Positions 39,394-53,154 of a stretch of 64,000 bases of DNA are shown here, in pieces. Made by a program: the position numbers and the translations under genes. Position 1 is the stretch's first letter, and each line of letters begins with the position of its first letter. The notes below the pieces were generated by a model, which saw only the letters and a list, made by a program, of their open reading frames with translations, made no database searches and was not told the origin of the DNA. This stretch comes from Octopus vulgaris (lineage: Eukaryota), in the NCBI GenBank assembly GCA_951406725.2, contig OX597817.1, forward strand, positions 119,164,001-119,228,000. Reading direction: 5' to 3'.

Positions 39394-40879
39394 AAATTTA
39401 TAGATTATTGAAATCCATGTAAAGCAGTGGTTTCCAAACGTGGATAATTACTTAACCATGGTGAAAACTGCATTTGGTTATGATAGTGTCAGTAAAAGAG
39501 TGAGGAGAAACCATGGTCTTATGCTTCCTTTCACATGAGGTAAACCATCATGCTTCACAAAAGGGAACAGGTCCCAAGTTAAAAAAAAAAAATCAAGATT
39601 CACACCACTTTGTAGATTTATCATTATTGTGCTTCCTACTGTAGCTGAAATACAAAGAACCACTAGGAAAGTAAGAAGCCGGTAAGACATAAAAGTATGA
39701 AGCTGACACAAATCCTTTATAAAATTGAATTTGTACTCAAGACAAGCGCTTTAACTCAGGTTAGACGACTTTTGCTTAATTTAGTCTAAATTGGATGATT
39801 CTTTAACAAGCTGAATGAAGTCTATATTTCTTCTGAACTACTGCAGAAGGCCTATAGAAAAGCAATTATTCATAGGAGGGATTCATTAAACATAGATGGG
39901 GGAGGGAGAATGCTTATCATTTTTTACCTTTTTTACTTGTTGTAGTCCATTAGACTAAAGCCAAGCCTTGAAGAATTTTAGTCAAACAAATCAACCTCGG
40001 TACCTTTTTGTTTTCTGTAAAACCTGGTACTTATTCTATTGGTCTCTTTTGTTGAACTGCTAAGTTATGAGGATGTAAGTAAACCAACACTAGTTGTCAA
40101 GTGGTTAATATTTTAACGAACATATTTACTGTGCCATACAATGTAGATATAGAATTTAATTTATTTATAAATTAAAATAGCTGAATATGATGAGAATATT
40201 TTGAAAAGCTTTAAGAAAAAAAACCCTAAAACTACAAAATACTTTAATGCTTTGCTCTCTTGTTTTCAAAGGCTAGAATGACACAGTAACATTAGCATTT
40301 TTGAAGCATTGATCAATAGTAAGGTCTGTCAGCATTTTATTTTTTTATTTTTGCTAAAAACATTAATTTTATATAAATAAATATTGTTAAACTGAAATAA
40401 ATTTTTATTATTTTTCAAATTTTAGCTCCAAATTCACTATTCAATCAAAGAAAGAAAAAAAATGCAGCATTGTTAATTATGTGGAAGCATATACAAACAT
40501 GTAAATGTCCCTTTTGTTTCATAAGAGAGATAAATTAAGAAAGACAGCCATGTTTATTGTATTCCTTTTGAAAATTAAAGAGTATTCATCGTATTTTGGT
40601 ACTGTTTTAAAAATAAGCTATCTGTATTGTTTTTAATGTTAGATAATGAGAAATACACACCACATGCATATCATGAAGGACACTCACATTATTAAGAAGT
40701 AAAAATTACTATTTATCTTCCATAAAAAGAGAGAAATTATACATTTTCACAGTATAAATTGTATTGATTGGTTTGCTTAACCTATTTCCAATTTAATTAT
40801 AATAGACTATGACCTAATATTTTAATTCAAATTTAACTTCATAAAAAATAAATATTATCTTTAAGTGAAATTGTAGTCA

Positions 40880-41195
40880 TGGCCAGTGCCAGTGATATAT
40901 GAGAGGTACCTGTGCTGGTGACATGCAAAATGCACTCATGCTAGAGACACAAATGTGCAGCTGTGTTGGGGTGACACATAAAAGGCCCCACCCCATGCAG
41001 GTGACACATAAAAGACACTCAATACACTTTATGGCACTAGGAAACGGCATCCAGCATTAGAAACCAACACAAATCAGACTGAGGCCTGGTGCAGCTCTTC
41101 AGCTTATAAGTTCCACTCAAACTATCTTACCAATACCAGCATGGAAAATGGATGCTACATCATGATGATGATGATGATGATGACAATGACGACGA
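40880..41195 (+). mobile_element. Diverged RTE-related 3' repeat copy
   Basis: Degenerate ggtgacacataaaa units, ggcatccagc, gcatggaaaatggatg and a (GAT)n tail. Confidence 0.6.
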
Positions 41196-41789
41196 TGATG
41201 GTGATCTTTACATATCTGAAGTGTTCCTGGTATGGCTGGATTATTTCCAGTTTCACAACATCCAATATATGCCTCCTTCTAGTTTCATTATTATTGATTA
41301 CTTTATAAATATTAAATTTTTTAATATAACGACAAGTATTAATCTTCAAATTTCCATAACTATTATTTGTAAATACTAGACAGAGACACTTTTCAGGAGT
41401 GGTTCAGTCAACTTTAGTTTTACCTTACCTATGGTTTCATATGGCAGTTGAGTACAAATATTTATCATAGTGTCAGCATTAACTCTTGCTCAGTAAGTTG
41501 CAATGTCAGCCAGTCTTATATTTTTCACATTTGGTAACCAATCTCACAAGAAAACTATTGTTTTGGCAGTGGTATTCTGCATAATATGGTATGATGCATG
41601 TTAAAGTAAGTCTGTATAGAATTTGGAGGTAACAAAAGTTGGTTTCCATTGTAATTCTAATAATGTCCAGTACTATACTGGAGAAAACAATGAGTTAAAA
41701 GCTAATTTAAACTTTTTGAATAGACAAATAAGGTTCCCTAATGTCATTTAGTTTGTAGTTTACATGTAGATAATTTTGTTTGTGTGATT

Positions 41790-43745
41790 ATTCTTTTTAG
41801 ATGAGTAGCCAAGATAATATCATCAAATACTTTAGTTCCAAGAATAAGACAGTCTCTAAGAACAGGAAGTTCTTAGAGTGGCCAAAAATATAAGGGAAAC
41901 ATACATGCAGTAATAGCTTCACAGAGTTCATCAATGAGGAAGGTTCTATGCTGTGCAGCCAGTGTCAAGTGAGTCAGGTAAAATACATGGCCATCTATGT
42001 AATATTCACCATGCAAATAAAAGGTACAACTTTGGAAGGATCTGAGGTATGACTTTGGAAAGATCTGAGGTCTGGAACATAGTCTCAAAGCTCAGTAGCT
42101 GGATTCTATGGCACACTTTGATGTGACACAGTACATAATTCTTATGAAGTTACACATCTCAAAGTGATTACATGGATCCACATGACTGATGCTGATATTT
42201 TTATATGAAATATATGTGGTGAAAGTGAAACAAAAGAGCAATCAAGAGTTTCTGTCTACACCAACACTATTCGATATAAGATAGATAATATGGGTGGCAG
42301 AATGGAAGATGGTGAGATATGAGGTGATGACAAAATCAAAGCATTGATACACAATTTTATGTCCAGCTGGATGAATCTACTGATATTTGCATCAGCTTTG
42401 CTTGCTATATTGTTGACAATCAACTGAACAATGAGTATATGCACAAAACATTATTCATATAGTAGTTGTTGGATTTACAAAGCATGACGTACAATGGGAA
42501 AAGCTAGGAGCAATATGTAAAAGCTACTTTTGTTGCATTGGTAAGACAGAAATCTTACTGTTACTGACTAGCATGCACTGTACTGTTTGTCACCAAGTTA
42601 TTACTGTCAAAACTCTCCCTGACTCATTCTAAGACATGATGACCTGTGTTATATGAATGGCTGATGCCAGCACTGCCTAGACTGGCTCCCGTGCTGGTGG
42701 AACATAAAAAGCACCAACCAATCGTGGTCATTGCCAGCCTCCTCTGGCCCCTATGCCAGTGGCACATAAAAAGCACCCACTACACTCTTGGAGTGGTTGG
42801 CGTTAGGTAGGGGAACCAGCTGTAGAAACACTGCCAGATCAGAAGGGAACCTGGTGCAGCCTCCTGGCTTCCCAGACCCCAGTTGAACCATCTAACCCAT
42901 GCTAGCATAAACAATGGATGTTAAACAATGATGATGATGATGATGTTGAGCATTTAACACTTGCTTGTTTGCCATGTAATGAACTTTTCTCTGAATATTT
43001 GGAACTATTTTCACATACAGTAGTGAGATATCTGTCTTACAGCATGATTTTGATTAACATTTTCAACTGTGATCAGAAATAATGAATTTTTTCTGGCTGC
43101 AAAAGCACTAGTTTTCTTAACGACAAGTTCACCATATAACTAGTTTATTGAATGTGTTTCAAGTCATAATGTATTGAATTGCTCTCAACAAAGAAAAATG
43201 TCTTCCATCATTGATGTCTAAGATGAAATGAATACTTTCTCTCAAGAAATGGAACCATGGCAGGTAACTCATTGTCAAAAACATGGCTGTGTTTGCTAAG
43301 CTAGAATAATTAAAAAAAGAGTGACATTCAGTGCCTGGCAACTGAAATTGGTGAACTCACCATTAAGACATCAATGATAATACTTTTCTGGAAGTAAGTT
43401 TCTGCAGAAATACATGTGAATAAAGCAACTATTTCTTGCTGAAAATGTCATTTTTTATACTGACTCAGCCAAATGAAAAATTTTTAAGGTGAGAAATGAT
43501 TCTACAATTCACAGCATAAGAGTATTGCATCATTCTGGTTTCAGCAAAGAGGAATGGTTCTTCCATTTCTCATGATTTGTATGTGATTTTGGGTTCTTGA
43601 CAATGTAACAAATTAAATCCAACACTAGAGACTGGTTTTTCTTTTTGAAGTTCAGACACGAGGCTTGTTCTGTCAAAGAGTAAATCATACACTCAAAATC
43701 TGGTGTCAACATTGAACAAGTTCATCCATACCATTATGACTAATC
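41790..43745 (+). mobile_element. Nearly full-length dead hAT transposase (Charlie/Buster, ZBED5/FAM200-like)
   Basis: Ordered motifs across frames: NTIRYKIDNM, FYVQLDESTDI, WEKLGAIC, HC..CHQ...KTLPDS, HTVVRYLS, SIASFW, C.FGFLTM.QIKSNTR, DTRLVLS. Split by the 42655-42945 insertion. Confidence 0.75.
42655..42945 (+). mobile_element. RTE-related 3' repeat copy inserted into the hAT fossil
   Basis: Same family, (GAT)n tail; transposase homology resumes after it. Confidence 0.72.
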
Positions 43746-46700
43746 TGTAACAGTACTGTACTGTAAGTGCTAAATTGTACGGGATTTCTCAATTGTGTTT
43801 TGTATAATACACAATTTTAAGTTAGGGTAATTTGAACCTGATTCTAATTAGGAATAGAACTGGAAAAATGGTTGGGAACTGCCAATCTAAATATAATTGC
43901 AAATGACTTGATTGTTTAATACTGAGTGCAGAAAAAATGTAACAATTTCGAAAAGAAATATCATTATCTGAAACACATAAAATGGAACTAAACCAATTTC
44001 TTGGCTTCAGTTGTAATTATATAAAACTCTATAATCAACATATGATGATGAATTTGAATTTTCATTGATAAGTCTGCTTACTAGGTAAAAAGCATTATAT
44101 AGGCAGAAATATATAAATGAAGTACAGAAATAGCTGTAGAATGAATTGAAATAACCTAAATTTGGTTTGAAAATGTTGTTAACATTTTTATTTCACTCAA
44201 TGACTAGCAAGTAATCAGAACTTTTCAAAACTGAACAATCAAATTAATTTAAATGAAGGACAAACATGATTGCTCGATTACTGCTCTATACAAAATGTGT
44301 TAAAATAGACAATAGAAAGTTATTAGATGCTGTCTATTTACAATTATAAGGTGAACGTATATAACTTGATAAACATTTCATTTCTACCTTTCCACTATGG
44401 TAAGACATTCTTTCAGCTAGAAAGAATACATTAAATGAAATTTGTGTGTTTGTATAAATATGTCTGCATATGATCTAGTGTGCAGATTGTTGATAGAAAG
44501 AATGATAACAGGCAATGAACGGAAACCAAATTGTTCTAGTACTAAACAGAGGACATTATTATTTTGGATAGTGAAAAATTACATTGACCATTGACAATTA
44601 AAGATCATATTTAAATCATTTACAAAAATGCATTCAAAATTATCAATATTTAACAATATGATAGCAATCACAAATTTATATTCATGTAGATATACACAGA
44701 TAAATAACTATTTCCATCAAAAACCCACCTCTTTCTTCTACCTCACTTATAATTGATATTTTCCCAATGCATGACTTGTCTATATCCTACAATTAATACA
44801 GAATTGCTGTAAATAATTATAAGCTGTTTCCTTGGTCTAGATAAGTTTACAACTGCTAAATACACATTTGTATTTAATGTAGTATAATTTGTGAAAGAAA
44901 ATCAATTATACTGAAATATCAAAAACTATGAATAAGACACAGAAGCTAGGAAATTGTTACAAATGGAGTAATCATTCAAGAGCCAGTATATTTTTGAAAA
45001 GTAACATTATTACCAACACAAAGTTTTTCTATATCATTGCATTTATTTCTTTAATAATGAGAAGCCATAATATCAACTGTCATATGGATACAGAAATATT
45101 ATGCTTTGCATTATATTATTGTATCATTTTGAAGTATAGTCAATATAAGTGAGACGTATTTGAAAACTCTAGAGAGGACTCACGATACAAATACACACTA
45201 TTACCAGCCACAAGAGGAAATTAGACAAAAACTGATATAATTAGAGTAAATGCATTTACACTACAATGGCTCAGATGTGATATACCTCAAATTCTTATGC
45301 ATCATATACATTTAAATCATGTTCTGTGGATAAACTTCTCTTACAGATGACATTCCCATATAAAATTTTTGTCTATAATTAAATTTAACTACTCAAGAAA
45401 GTTATAATGATATTTTATGTAAAACTGTTATGCTTTATTGATTTCCAGCCCTTCAAGTTTATTTAATTGACACACTATAATATTTTATGCATATCAATCA
45501 CAACAGCTTTATTGACCCTTCTCTTAGAAAGGAGAAGATTAGCAATTTTTTCCCTTTCTCATATTAAACCCTCCACCTTAAAATATGAAGGATGCATTTA
45601 ATGATGTACTTTCAGATATACTATATTTGAAATAAACTGAGAAGGTGATGGCTAGAATGTCTTTGATCATATGCCTGCTCAGTCAAGACTAGCTTGAGGT
45701 TAAACTACAAAAACTAAATCAAATTATTTTGAATCAATAAAAGTACCTCTACATGGTTACTCAACTTGCCAAAAGTAGCAGGCAATGCTTCCTCAAATCA
45801 CCCCCTACTGTCTTTAAAAAGGGCACATTAGACAATCTAGATACACAAAAAGACAGGATTGTCATGTCTGAAGTGCCTTTGATCATGAAGTGCTTTTCAC
45901 AATCATGACTGATTTACTGTCTTGTAAAGGAAAATAAAAACAACTCTACCAAGTTCAGGTGAAGTCACAATGGAGTACTGCTCCCACAGTTTGGAGAATT
46001 ATGTTGCTCTGTACACAGACATAGTGAATAACATCTAAAGAAAGGCACTTGAATTATAGGTATGTCTTTTTTCTCCGGCCTTTCCTGCCACTACTGCAAT
46101 GGCCTACTTAGAGCTAGCAGGTCTTGTACCACCTTCACTTAGTCATTCCCAACTCATATGTTTTTACATCACCCTTATTATATTCAGCCCCTAATCAAGG
46201 CCCCTCACACACCACTAAGTACAGTCATTCCATTCCAGAAAGTCAGCAATCACTTATTCCCTCCTTGCACATGTTTTTGCTGCAGTCATTGACTTGCAAC
46301 ACTTTAAGGAAAAGTTAATACCACTGGTCTCAGAGGGCTTGTGAAAGTCAAGAGTACAATCTCTTCTTCCGAACTAAACTAAAAAAAAAAAAAGAAGAAA
46401 ACTAAAATAACTTTGAAACATCAGATACTTTCTGTTTATAATACATTCCATTCTATTATTTTAGAAACAAGTTTTAACCAGTTTATTTATTCACCTTCAT
46501 AATTAAATTGCATTCAAGTTACCTACTGAAACAATTTTCTTTCTAAATTCTTGAAGGTTCAATTATTCTCGGTATTATCTTTTTATCTGTATCTTTGAAA
46601 ACTGTAAAGCTTTTACAAATAAGATTACACGGTATAGTTTTTATATATCACTTTAAATTAAAATAGAAATAATTAAATAAACTTGACACTACTGGGACAT

Positions 46701-47384
46701 ACAGGTATAAAATATACACAATCATATGTACACACACATATATTTAGACGGACATATTTTCTTTTTCTGTTTTACATTAATTTGATGTATTTCTATGAAT
46801 AGTATAGGTTTTTGCTTAGGCAAGTGTTTTTGCAGTTAGATGCTCTTCCCTTGACAAACCAAACAACTGAAAAGTGGGAAAGTAACATCTTTTAAATCAG
46901 TTCAAATGGAACTATCAGGGCTATGTGTAGTGCTCAGATTAATCCTTTCTACTATAAGCACAAGACCTAAAATTGGGGTGAAGGGGGCCAGTTGATTACA
47001 TCAACCCCAGCATTTCACTGGTACTTGATTTACCAGTGTTTCACTGGTACTTAAGGATGAAAGGCAAAGTCGGCCTCAGCGGGGTGCTCAGAATGAGTAA
47101 ACAATGTTCAGGATAGAACTCATGGCCATGTAATCACTGATCCAACACCTTTCCTTCAGGAAAATGAATTTTGCCACTACACCTTGTACAATTATTTCAG
47201 AGGAGAATACCTAAACCGCTACATGAGTCTCTAAAACAGAGGGTTGGTGTAACATGCTAAAGATAATATGGTTGATGTTCAGCTGGTTCTGATACGGATT
47301 TGTATTCGGCACACATTCACAGACAAGACAAGATGCATTTATGATAAGAGAGGATCAACAGTCACAAAAACAATGTTGTTTAAA

Positions 47385-47604
47385 CCCTTTTGTTACCAAC
47401 CCAGCTGAAACCGGCTCTGGCTCTGAGTACAAATGTTTTGTTTTCATAAGTTTTGAATTATAATCTTCCACCAAACCTTAGTCAAAATTTATGTTCCTAA
47501 CACTAGCTGAATGATAACTAAGTTATTTTACTAAATTCTTTGTTATATTTAAAGTAATTGAAAGAAACACAGAGCATCTCAAAATAAATACAGTAACAAA
47601 AGGG
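47385..47604. mobile_element. piggyBac-type MITE, same family as 2388-2609, opposite orientation
   Basis: TIRs CCCTTTTGTTAC / GTAACAAAAGGG. The body is the reverse complement of the first copy; TTTAAA on both flanks. Confidence 0.82.
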
Positions 47605-48189
47605 TTTAAAGATTATTTGATGTGTAGGTTTGTTTATCTTCTGCTTTTTGTGTTTATGTGTTTTCCTTTCAAATATGATAAATTGATAACAATGTTAATG
47701 ATTTATAGTTGGAAACAATATTTGAGTCTAACTAGAAAGCATATGCATTTCCATAGTCACAACGCTATGCTACTCAGTAACATCATCTTACAATGTGCTG
47801 ATGCTCTGTTGCTTCAAACTCATGATGAAAGTAAATGTCTCTCAGACTGACAACTATATATTAGAGTATATACCAAAACTCAATAATCATTAAAATGTAC
47901 TCAAGACAGTCCTTCTTTGAATCAGGAGACAACAAAACAAAAGCAAGTTACCAGTGAAACATGATGCATCTTTGGTATTTCCTCATACAGATTTGACTTC
48001 ATTATTCTAGTTGTTAATGTTGTAGCTTACCTCCAGGTTAGCCCTGATCAAATGTTTCAGCCATAATTATCACATCATCTTAGATGACAGATATGATTTA
48101 AAAAAAAAAAGATTTAGCTGATATTTCTACCAGACAGTGACATTATAGAGGCTCCTTCATTGACTTGTCAAAATTGTAGTCTCTACCAT

Positions 48190-48525
48190 ATGTTTGGCTC
48201 AATGGTTAGAGCATCGAGCTTACGATTGTGAGGTTGTAAGTTCGATTCCCAGACCGGGCTGTGTGTTGTGTTCTTGAGCAAGACACATTATTTCACGTTG
48301 CTCCAGTTAACTCAGCTGTAAAAATGAGTTGTGACATCACAGGTGCCAAGCTGTATCAGCCTTTGCCTTTCCCTTGGATAACAACAGTGGTGTGGAGGGG
48401 GAGGCTGGTATTAATGGGCAACTGCTGGCCTTCCATAAACAACCTTGCCCAGACTTGTACTTTGGGGGGTAAATTTCTAGGTGCAATCCCATAGTAATTC
48501 ATGTCCGAAGGGGGTCGCCCTCCCC
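48190..48525 (+). mobile_element. tRNA-derived SINE family C
   Basis: A box TGGCTCAATGG, B box GTTCGATTCC, then cttgagcaagacac...gttgctccagt, shared with 23560-23833. Confidence 0.75.
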
Positions 48526-49321
48526 ACCATATGCTTACATGGGATTCCAGCTAGTCTGTAGTTTTTAGTTGAAAGCTTTTGGTATATGTGTTGTGGCACA
48601 CAAACACATAAATATAAATATAACACATTATAAATAAATATAAATATATATTCACAAAAATTTTCCTTGAACTGTATGTTTAAAAAAATAATGGCATGAA
48701 AGCAGTAAGATGGCTTATTCCATAGAAAGGAAACCTTATAATTTCTCAAAAATACCAGGAAGGTATTCTTTATAATTTTATATTACATTAACTCTGTATT
48801 TTGATGAAATATAAAAGAACAAAGTTAATTATCTCTATTAAACATTCACACTTTCATAGAAATGAAAAAAAATGTGCTTTTAAGATATCTCAAACACTGC
48901 TAGAATCATTATATAAAGCTTATTATTGAATTTGGTACATCTGGTTCCTGTCCCCCCTTCCTTTCTGCATTTGACAGCCAGCTGACTAAAAGTAATGATA
49001 TTTTGTTTTGTTTATTGATACCATAATCTGCTTGAAACAGTGATTAAAATTAGAAGAAAAGCAACAATATTTTAGATTACAGACAGAAGTGTTAAACACT
49101 GCACTCTGACAGGCAGTTCTGTACAGTAACATTCTCTTTTAGTCTTGAAGTGAAGAAAACTTTTTTTTTTTTTTCCAACAATGCCTGAATAACTGAAAGA
49201 TTAGAAAATAAAGTAAATAACATGCAGCAATAAAGGAATGATTGAAATCTGTAAATTTAATTTTCCATTTTTTAGGGATTTTTTTTTGTTCTTTTTGTTC
49301 TATTATAAACTGAATTCTCAC

Positions 49322-49554
49322 CTGTAGATGGTGTAGTTCTTGAGTCTGCGGTTGTCTGGTGCTCAGTAAAAAATGTGTATTTGGCTGCAAAACCCTGTCT
49401 TTCATCTTTATCATCTGAGTAGAAATCAATATACATGTAGCGCCCACTAGATTTTACAACTTGGGTGTTGTGGACATCACAAAAAATTCCGATAACATTG
49501 GCTGATTTGTCGATACCATCATGTACTAGAATGGCATCATAACTTTCATCACAA
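49322..49554 (-). CDS. Internal coding exon of a CUB-domain protein (C-terminal half of a CUB domain plus Thr-rich linker; tolloid/cubilin/SOL-1/Neto-like, orthology not assignable)
   Basis: Translates (phase 2 in, phase 1 out) to CDESYDAILVHDGIDKSANVIGIFCDVHNTQVVKSSGRYMYIDFYSDDKDERQGFAAKYTFFTEHQTTADSRTTPST, with the CUB motifs C..YD.l.v.DG, iG.fC, SSG..m.i.F.SD and GF.a.Y. Acceptor is tttctttctaattacAG and donor is GTgagaa. Confidence 0.88.
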
Positions 49555-49923
49555 CTGTAATTAGAAAGAAAAATAAAAAAAAACATATTAAAAGAAAGAA
49601 AAACAAAATATTTCCCATCATCATCATCATCATCATCAACATCATCCTTATTATCATTACTTTACACCTACATTTCCATGCTGGCATGCATGAGATGGAT
49701 CATTAGAGCCCAAGTAATTCCATATTCAGAGTTACTGTCCCCACACTATGGTTTGTGCTGTTTAAAGATCTAAAGCCAGCAGGCAATGTTGCTAAACCTA
49801 ATGCAGAAAACATAGTGGTTCAGTCTCACTGTATGGTACCTTGATCAAACACCTTCTACTATAATCTTAGGTTGATCAAAGACTTGCAAATAGATTTGGT
49901 AGAGTAGAACTGATAGAACCTGT

Positions 49924-49965
<42 letters not shown>

Positions 49966-49994
49966 CATTATATACATATATATACATACATATA

Positions 49995-50162
49995 GTTGGA
50001 ATTTACAAAAAAAAAACAAAAGACAAAGACAGGTGTATAAAAAACAGTCAGGTGTATTAGTTTAACACTCGGGAAGGCGAGAAAGTCTATTACATTTTGA
50101 GCCTAAGCTCTTCGACAGAAAGGAACATGAAAGAATAAACAAACAGAGAATGAAAAACGCTA
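49995..50162 (-). mobile_element. Solo Penelope-like pseudo-LTR, family 2
   Basis: Homologous to 24724-24933; (TA)n on both sides. Confidence 0.58.
50087..50122 (-). ncRNA. Degenerate hammerhead-like motif, same family as 24835-24870
   Basis: CUUU-CUGUCGA-A-GAGC-UUAG-GCUC-AAAA-UG-UA/AUAG. Shares the A6U change and adds G12A. Confidence 0.5.
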
Positions 50163-50461
50163 TGTACATATATACATATATATATATATATACTACACAC
50201 ATATATACACACAGCGCATATATATATATACAAACATACATATATACATACATACAAACATAATTTATACATACAATATACATGTGTATACCTAAAAGTT
50301 TGTAAGAATTTGTGCTCCTTTGAAAGTAGATGAGCTGCAAGTGGTGACATTGCCATTCTCCCTATCAACATACCATTCCCAGGCTTTATGCCTTCAATGA
50401 AGCCTGCGACAAGCTATGCCTAACTTGAAAATCATGGCATAACAACAGGAGTAGTAACAAT

Positions 50462-50682
50462 ACTGATTTCATATTTTGGCACAAGGCCAGCAATTTTGGG
50501 GTAAGGAGTAAATTGATTACATTGGCCCTGAAGTTCAACTGATACTTATTTTATCAATTCCTTAAGAATTGAAGGTAAAGTCGATTTTGGCAGAATTTGA
50601 ACTCAGAATGCAAAAAGACGAACTAACCGTCACAAAGCATTTTTGCCTAGTGTGCTAATGTTTCTGCTAGCTCTCTGCCCTA
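50462..50682 (-). mobile_element. SINE family B
   Basis: Reverse complement of the 55482 family. Confidence 0.72.
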
Positions 50683-51065
50683 ATAAGGCTGTAACAATAA
50701 TGCCTCTGTAATATATTCATCAAACCCATGCTGACAAACATATATGTGTGCTTATGTAGATATATGAGTGTGTGTGTGTATCATCATTTAATGTTCATTT
50801 TCCACGCTGGCATGGGTTGGACAGTTTAACAGGAACTGGCAAGTTAAGAGGATTGTGCCAAGCTCCATTGTCTGCTTTGGAATGGTTTCTATGGTTGGAT
50901 ACCTTTTGTAACACCAGCCACTTTTACAGAGTGTACTGGGCACTTTTCACATGAAACTGACAAAGTTTTCTGTTCAACTGGGGAGTTAGGTAGTATTGAG
51001 GGAGGTGGATTTGTGCCAGTGGATGAGAGGTTGAAAAGTACAATAAAGAGATAGAAATAGGTTAG

Positions 51066-51066
<1 letters not shown>

Positions 51067-51116
<50 letters not shown>

Positions 51117-51267
51117 GGAGATATATGAGTCTGTAAATGTGTCTGTATTTGTTTGTTCATCAAACCTCATTGATGAAGCACTGGACATATATACATATAT
51201 ATATATATGTATGTATGTATATGTATGTATGTATATGTATATATATGTATATATATGTATATATATG

Positions 51268-51312
<45 letters not shown>

Positions 51313-51360
51313 ATATATGTATATTATGTATGTATATATATGTATGTATATATGTGTGTA

Positions 51361-51412
<52 letters not shown>

Positions 51413-51441
51413 GTATGTATATATATGTATATATATATATA

Positions 51442-51483
<42 letters not shown>

Positions 51484-51527
51484 ATATATATATGTATGTA
51501 TATATATATATATATAAATAATAATAT

Positions 51528-51560
<33 letters not shown>
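51067..51560. repeat. Compound (GA)n/(TA)n/(TATG)n microsatellite field (representative of dozens in the window)
   Basis: Direct reading. Similar fields at 5919-6325, 8539-9160, 17085-17320, 20850-20965, 24935-25195, 26587-26785, 60535-61100 and 61500-61727. Confidence 0.95.
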
Positions 51561-51561
<1 letters not shown>

Positions 51562-51815
51562 TGGAGATATATGAGTGTCTGTGTCTATTTGTTCACAGAA
51601 TTTACTGATGAAGCATTGGTCAACTTGAGTCTATGGCAGAAAGTACTTTCCTACAGTGCTACACAATGGAATTGAATCAGAACCACATGGTTGTAAAGTA
51701 AATTTGTTAACCATGCACTGAAGTATCTGAAGAAGGTATTTATAGTAAGGTATGTCAGGCTGAGATATACTATAAATAGTATGGTAATAATAATGTGCAG
51801 AGTTGGTAAAAAAGC

Positions 51816-51846
<31 letters not shown>

Positions 51847-52034
51847 GCATCTTTTTAAAGAATTCCTAATGGATATTGGCAATGCATTCCATATTTTGGA
51901 ATCATTTATATACTTCTTTTTCCAGTGATTATTGTTAACTGGTACTGAATAATGATGGGCACTAATACTGCAAGAACATTGGAAGAGATCAATAAAATCA
52001 GAGAAAGAGAGAGAGAGAGGGAGGGAGCCACAAT

Positions 52035-52400
52035 ATTACTGTCTTTGTAGATGAAGGCCCAAGTTTTCCACAATTACACACTCCTATATTGGTAGTCAAT
52101 ATAGATTGACTAATGTAGAAGATGTGAGAACTCTGAAAGGGAATACTATCAAAAACACAAGTGCAATTGTTGTTTTTTTAATTTCCCTGAGTTCTTTCAA
52201 TCTCAAGAGGAAGATGGGGAAAATTAAAGAGACACATGAGATAATTTTAGAAATGAAAGCTCTGAACTTTGGTTGTATGAACTGTAAGAAATTTCCGGAT
52301 TTTTTGGAGAGGGACTGATAAGTGATTGATTTCTGGTTCATATGCAGGCTAATTGTTAACAACATTTCCAATTTAACACTAAGGCTTTTGACCTCATGAA
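52035..52400 (+). mobile_element. Possible IS630/Tc1-type DDE transposase fossil
   Basis: VFVDE, EMKALNF and IVNNIS spaced like DE...EMN...F...DNA.YH. Confidence 0.4.
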
Positions 52401-53154
52401 AGAGAGCTTATTTGAAATAGTCCAGTTGAATGATGTGATTTTTTTTCTTTTATTAATTTTGTTTTACATTTAACTTGATTGTAGTTTTGCAACAGGTTAT
52501 GTGACACAATAATTTAATCCAAACACTAATTTGCATTTTTTTAAGATTCTTTGTCATTTTTAAAAGAGTATCAAAGTGTAAATTAAAACAAAATTGTCCT
52601 TGAAGGTGAAAGGAAGATATCCCTATTCAATTTCTGCAGGGTTATAATGTTTTAATGTAATTAACATTTGGTTTAATATTGTGTAAAGTAACTTGAATAA
52701 ATTTTATATGGAGGATTAATTAAATGAAAATAAAATCAATTTAATAATCATAGATAGGAATATATTTTGAGATAATAAAATATATATAAAAAAAAGAAAA
52801 AAAAAACAATCTACACTGAACAGTAATTATATATAGAAAATATATTTTAAGAATCAGAACCACAATATCAGTCAAACATTTCAGTTCGTCTAAACAAACT
52901 CATGGACACTGGTTTGAAGTATCATCATCAAGGAAATGGCTATGTGCATAAGTAAGAAATCAATAATATAGACTGGATTACATATGTTTTGTTGTCATGT
53001 AACAGTATTTTATACTGAAGTTTAAATATTTAATGTTGATAGACAAGAAATAGGAAATAGTCAGTGTAAGAACATATTCTCATCTCTTGCACACACCAAA
53101 ATATACACATCACACACACACACACACTCACACTCTCATACACTCACACACACC

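Noticed and set aside
45184-45231. 48 nt exon-like segment encoding a hydrophobic peptide (FLSNFLLWLVIVCICI)
   Set aside because: The phase-1 frame needed to follow the CUB exon hits a stop, the acceptor is weak and there is no homology.
48190-48260. tRNA-like sequence with A and B boxes
   Set aside because: No complete cloverleaf or acceptor stem; it continues into a SINE body.
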